In this document: positions 61,834-64,000 of the stretch, one piece after another
Position numbering within the stretch: position 1 is the stretch's first letter
Layout: the number at the start of each line of letters is the position of its first letter
Origin: Heterodontus francisci
Lineage: Eukaryota
Reading direction: 5' to 3'
Assembly (NCBI RefSeq): GCF_036365525.1
Contig: NC_090385.1
Coordinates: forward strand, 59,044,581 to 59,108,580
DNA: 64,000 bases
Notes under the pieces: generated by a model
Told to the model about the DNA's origin: nothing
The model's input: the letters and a program-made list of their open reading frames with translations, nothing else
The model's database searches: none
Translations under genes and position numbers: made by a program

Positions 61834-64000
61834 TAGGGAAGAAATCTGCTGTCCTTACCCAGTCTGGCCTACATGTGACTCCAGATCCACAGCAATGTGG
61901 TTGACTCGTAACTGCCCTCTGAAATATCCTAGCAAGCCACTCACTTGTATCAAACTACAACCGAAAAGTCAAATAACTGGATGGAACACTTGGCACTGAC
62001 CCAGGCACCGGATATGATAAAGGCACAGCCTATCCAGTTGACGCTGCAAAGTCTTCTTCACTAACATCTGGGTACTAGTGCCAAAATTGGAAGAGCTATC
62101 TGACAGACTAGTCAAACAACAACCTGTCAGTCATACTCACCAAATCAGACCCTACAGCCAATGCCCCAGACTCCTCCATCATTCCTGGGTATTTCCTGCC
62201 CTGTTGGCAAGACAGACCCACCAGAGGTGGCAACACAGTGATATACAGTTGGGAGTGAGTGACCCTGAGCAACCTCAACATTGACTCTGGACTCCATGAA
62301 ATCTCATGGGATCAGGGATGGGCAACAAATGCTGGCCTTGCCAGCAACACCCATGTCCCATGAAATAAATAAAAAAGAGTCAAACATGGGCAAGGAAACC
62401 TCCTGCTGATTACCACCTACTGCCCTCACTCAACTGATGAATCCATACTCCTCCATGTTGAATACCACTCGGAGGCACTCAGGGTAGCAGGGTACAGGAT
62501 GTACTCTTGGTGGGGGACTTCAATGTCCATCAATCATTAAGAGTCACTTGGTAGCGCCACTACTGACTGAGCTGGCAGGTGGTAAGACAACCAACAAAAG
62601 GGAAAATCCTACTTGACCTCTTCCTCGCCAATCTATCTGTCACAGATGCATCTGCCCATGACAGTATTGGTGGGCGTGACCACCACACAGTCCTTGTAGA
62701 GACAAAGTCCTGTCTTCACACTGAGGACACCCTCCATCATGTTGTGTGGCACTACCACCTTGCAAAATCGGATAGAATCAGAACAGATCCAGCAGCTCAA
62801 AACTGGGCATTTATGAGGCACTGAGGGCCATCAGCACCAGCAGAATTGTACTCCTTCATAGTCTCTAACCTCATGGCCCAGCATATCCCTCACTCTACTA
62901 TTATCAAGTCAAGGCACCAACCCTGGTTCAATGAGGAGTGTAGGAGAGCATGCCAGGAACAGCACCAGGCATACCCAAAAATGAGGTGCCAACCTGGTGA
63001 AACTACAACACACGACTACATGCATGCTAAACAGTGGGAACAGCATATGATAGACAGAGCTAAACGATCTAGCAACCAATGGATCAGATCAATTGACTGC
63101 AGTCCTGCTACATCCAGTCACGAATGGTGGTGGACAACTAAGCAACTAACCGGAGGAAGAGGCTCCAAAAACATCACCATCTTCAAGGATGGTGGTGCCG
63201 AGCACATCAGTGCAAAAGACAAGGCTGAAGCATATGCAACCATCTTCAGCCAGAAGTGCCGAGTGGATGTTCCATCTCAGCCTCCTCCTGATGACCCCAG
63301 TATCACCAAAGCCAGTCTTCATTTAATTAAATTCACTCCATGTAATATCAAGGTACAACAGAGTGTATTGAATAGAAAAGGTACTGGGCCTCAAAAGCAT
63401 CCTGGCTGTAGTGATGAAGACGTGCTCCAGAACTAGACGTGCCCCGAGCCAAGCAGTTCCTGTACAGTTACAACACTGGCATCTACCCAACAATGTGGAA
63501 AATTGCCCCAGGTCTGTCCTGTCCACAAAAAGCAGGACAAATCCAATCCACCAATTACCACCCCATCAGTCTACTCTCAAACATCACCAAAGAGATGGAA
63601 GGTGCCATCAACAGTGTTATCAGTCAGCACTTACCACTAACCCACTCATCGATGTTCAGTTTAAGTTCTGCCAGGACCACTTGGCTCCAAACCTCAGTAT
63701 AGCCTTGGTCCAAACATAGACAAAATAGATGAATTCCAGAGTTGAGGTGAGAGGTACTACTCTTGACATCAGGCAGCAATTAACTGATAGGATCATTAAG
63801 GAGCCCAAGTAAAATTGAATCAATGGGAATCGGGGAAACACTCCACTGGCTGGAGCCAAACTTAGGACAAAGGAAGATGGTTGTAGTTGTTGGAGGCCAA
63901 TCACTTCAGCCCCAGGACATTGCTGCAGGAGTTCCTCAGGGCAGTGTCCTCGGCCCAGCCATCTTCAGCTGCTTCATCAATAACCTTCCCTTCATCATAA
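61834..64000 (+). mobile_element. CR1-like LINE, T4-free family, copy 3 (5' UTR, EN, start of RT); runs off the window
   Basis: The 5' UTR is shared with the SINE middles. EN starts at ~62050 (TNIW.LVPKLEEL...GDFN...DH); GVPQGSVLGP at ~63928. No ORF1 lies between the UTR and EN. Confidence 0.9.

Noticed and set aside
1-64000. CRISPR arrays, operons, prokaryotic defence systems, env-bearing retrovirus
   Set aside because: This is vertebrate repeat-rich DNA with no spacer-repeat arrays and no env-like ORF between RH and the 3' LTR.

Overview
Eukaryotic, vertebrate DNA. It is most likely from a shark or other elasmobranch, judged from HE1-type V-SINEs, Deu-domain SINEs and the CR1/L2/Penelope/Harbinger/Gmr1 repeat mix. 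The only host gene I can support is coding exon 1 of SIAH2 (RING E3 ligase, minus strand, 10195-10545). Its intron runs off the left edge, and it sits in a CpG-island promoter with ZNF143/THAP11, YY1, CCAAT, GC-box and CRE motifs and three upstream ORFs. The remaining ~53 kb upstream is a nested transposon graveyard. It holds one decayed autonomous Gmr1-type Ty3/Gypsy element (SCAN-Gag, PR-IN-RT-RH order), two non-autonomous Gmr1 derivatives sharing the same internal deletions, two solo LTRs, several CR1 and L2 copies, an RTE, Penelope pieces with hammerhead-like cores, and Harbinger transposase, Myb and MITE relics. The most interesting signal is a CR1-like LINE family (3 copies, ~5.9 kb in total) with no TTTT run on its sense strand and no visible ORF1. 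Its 5' UTR and 3' end also occur, joined at two different junctions, in tRNA-headed SINEs in this window, which suggests a protein-coding LINE transcribed by RNA polymerase III. All alignments and motif scans were done by eye; boundaries of old repeats are approximate.
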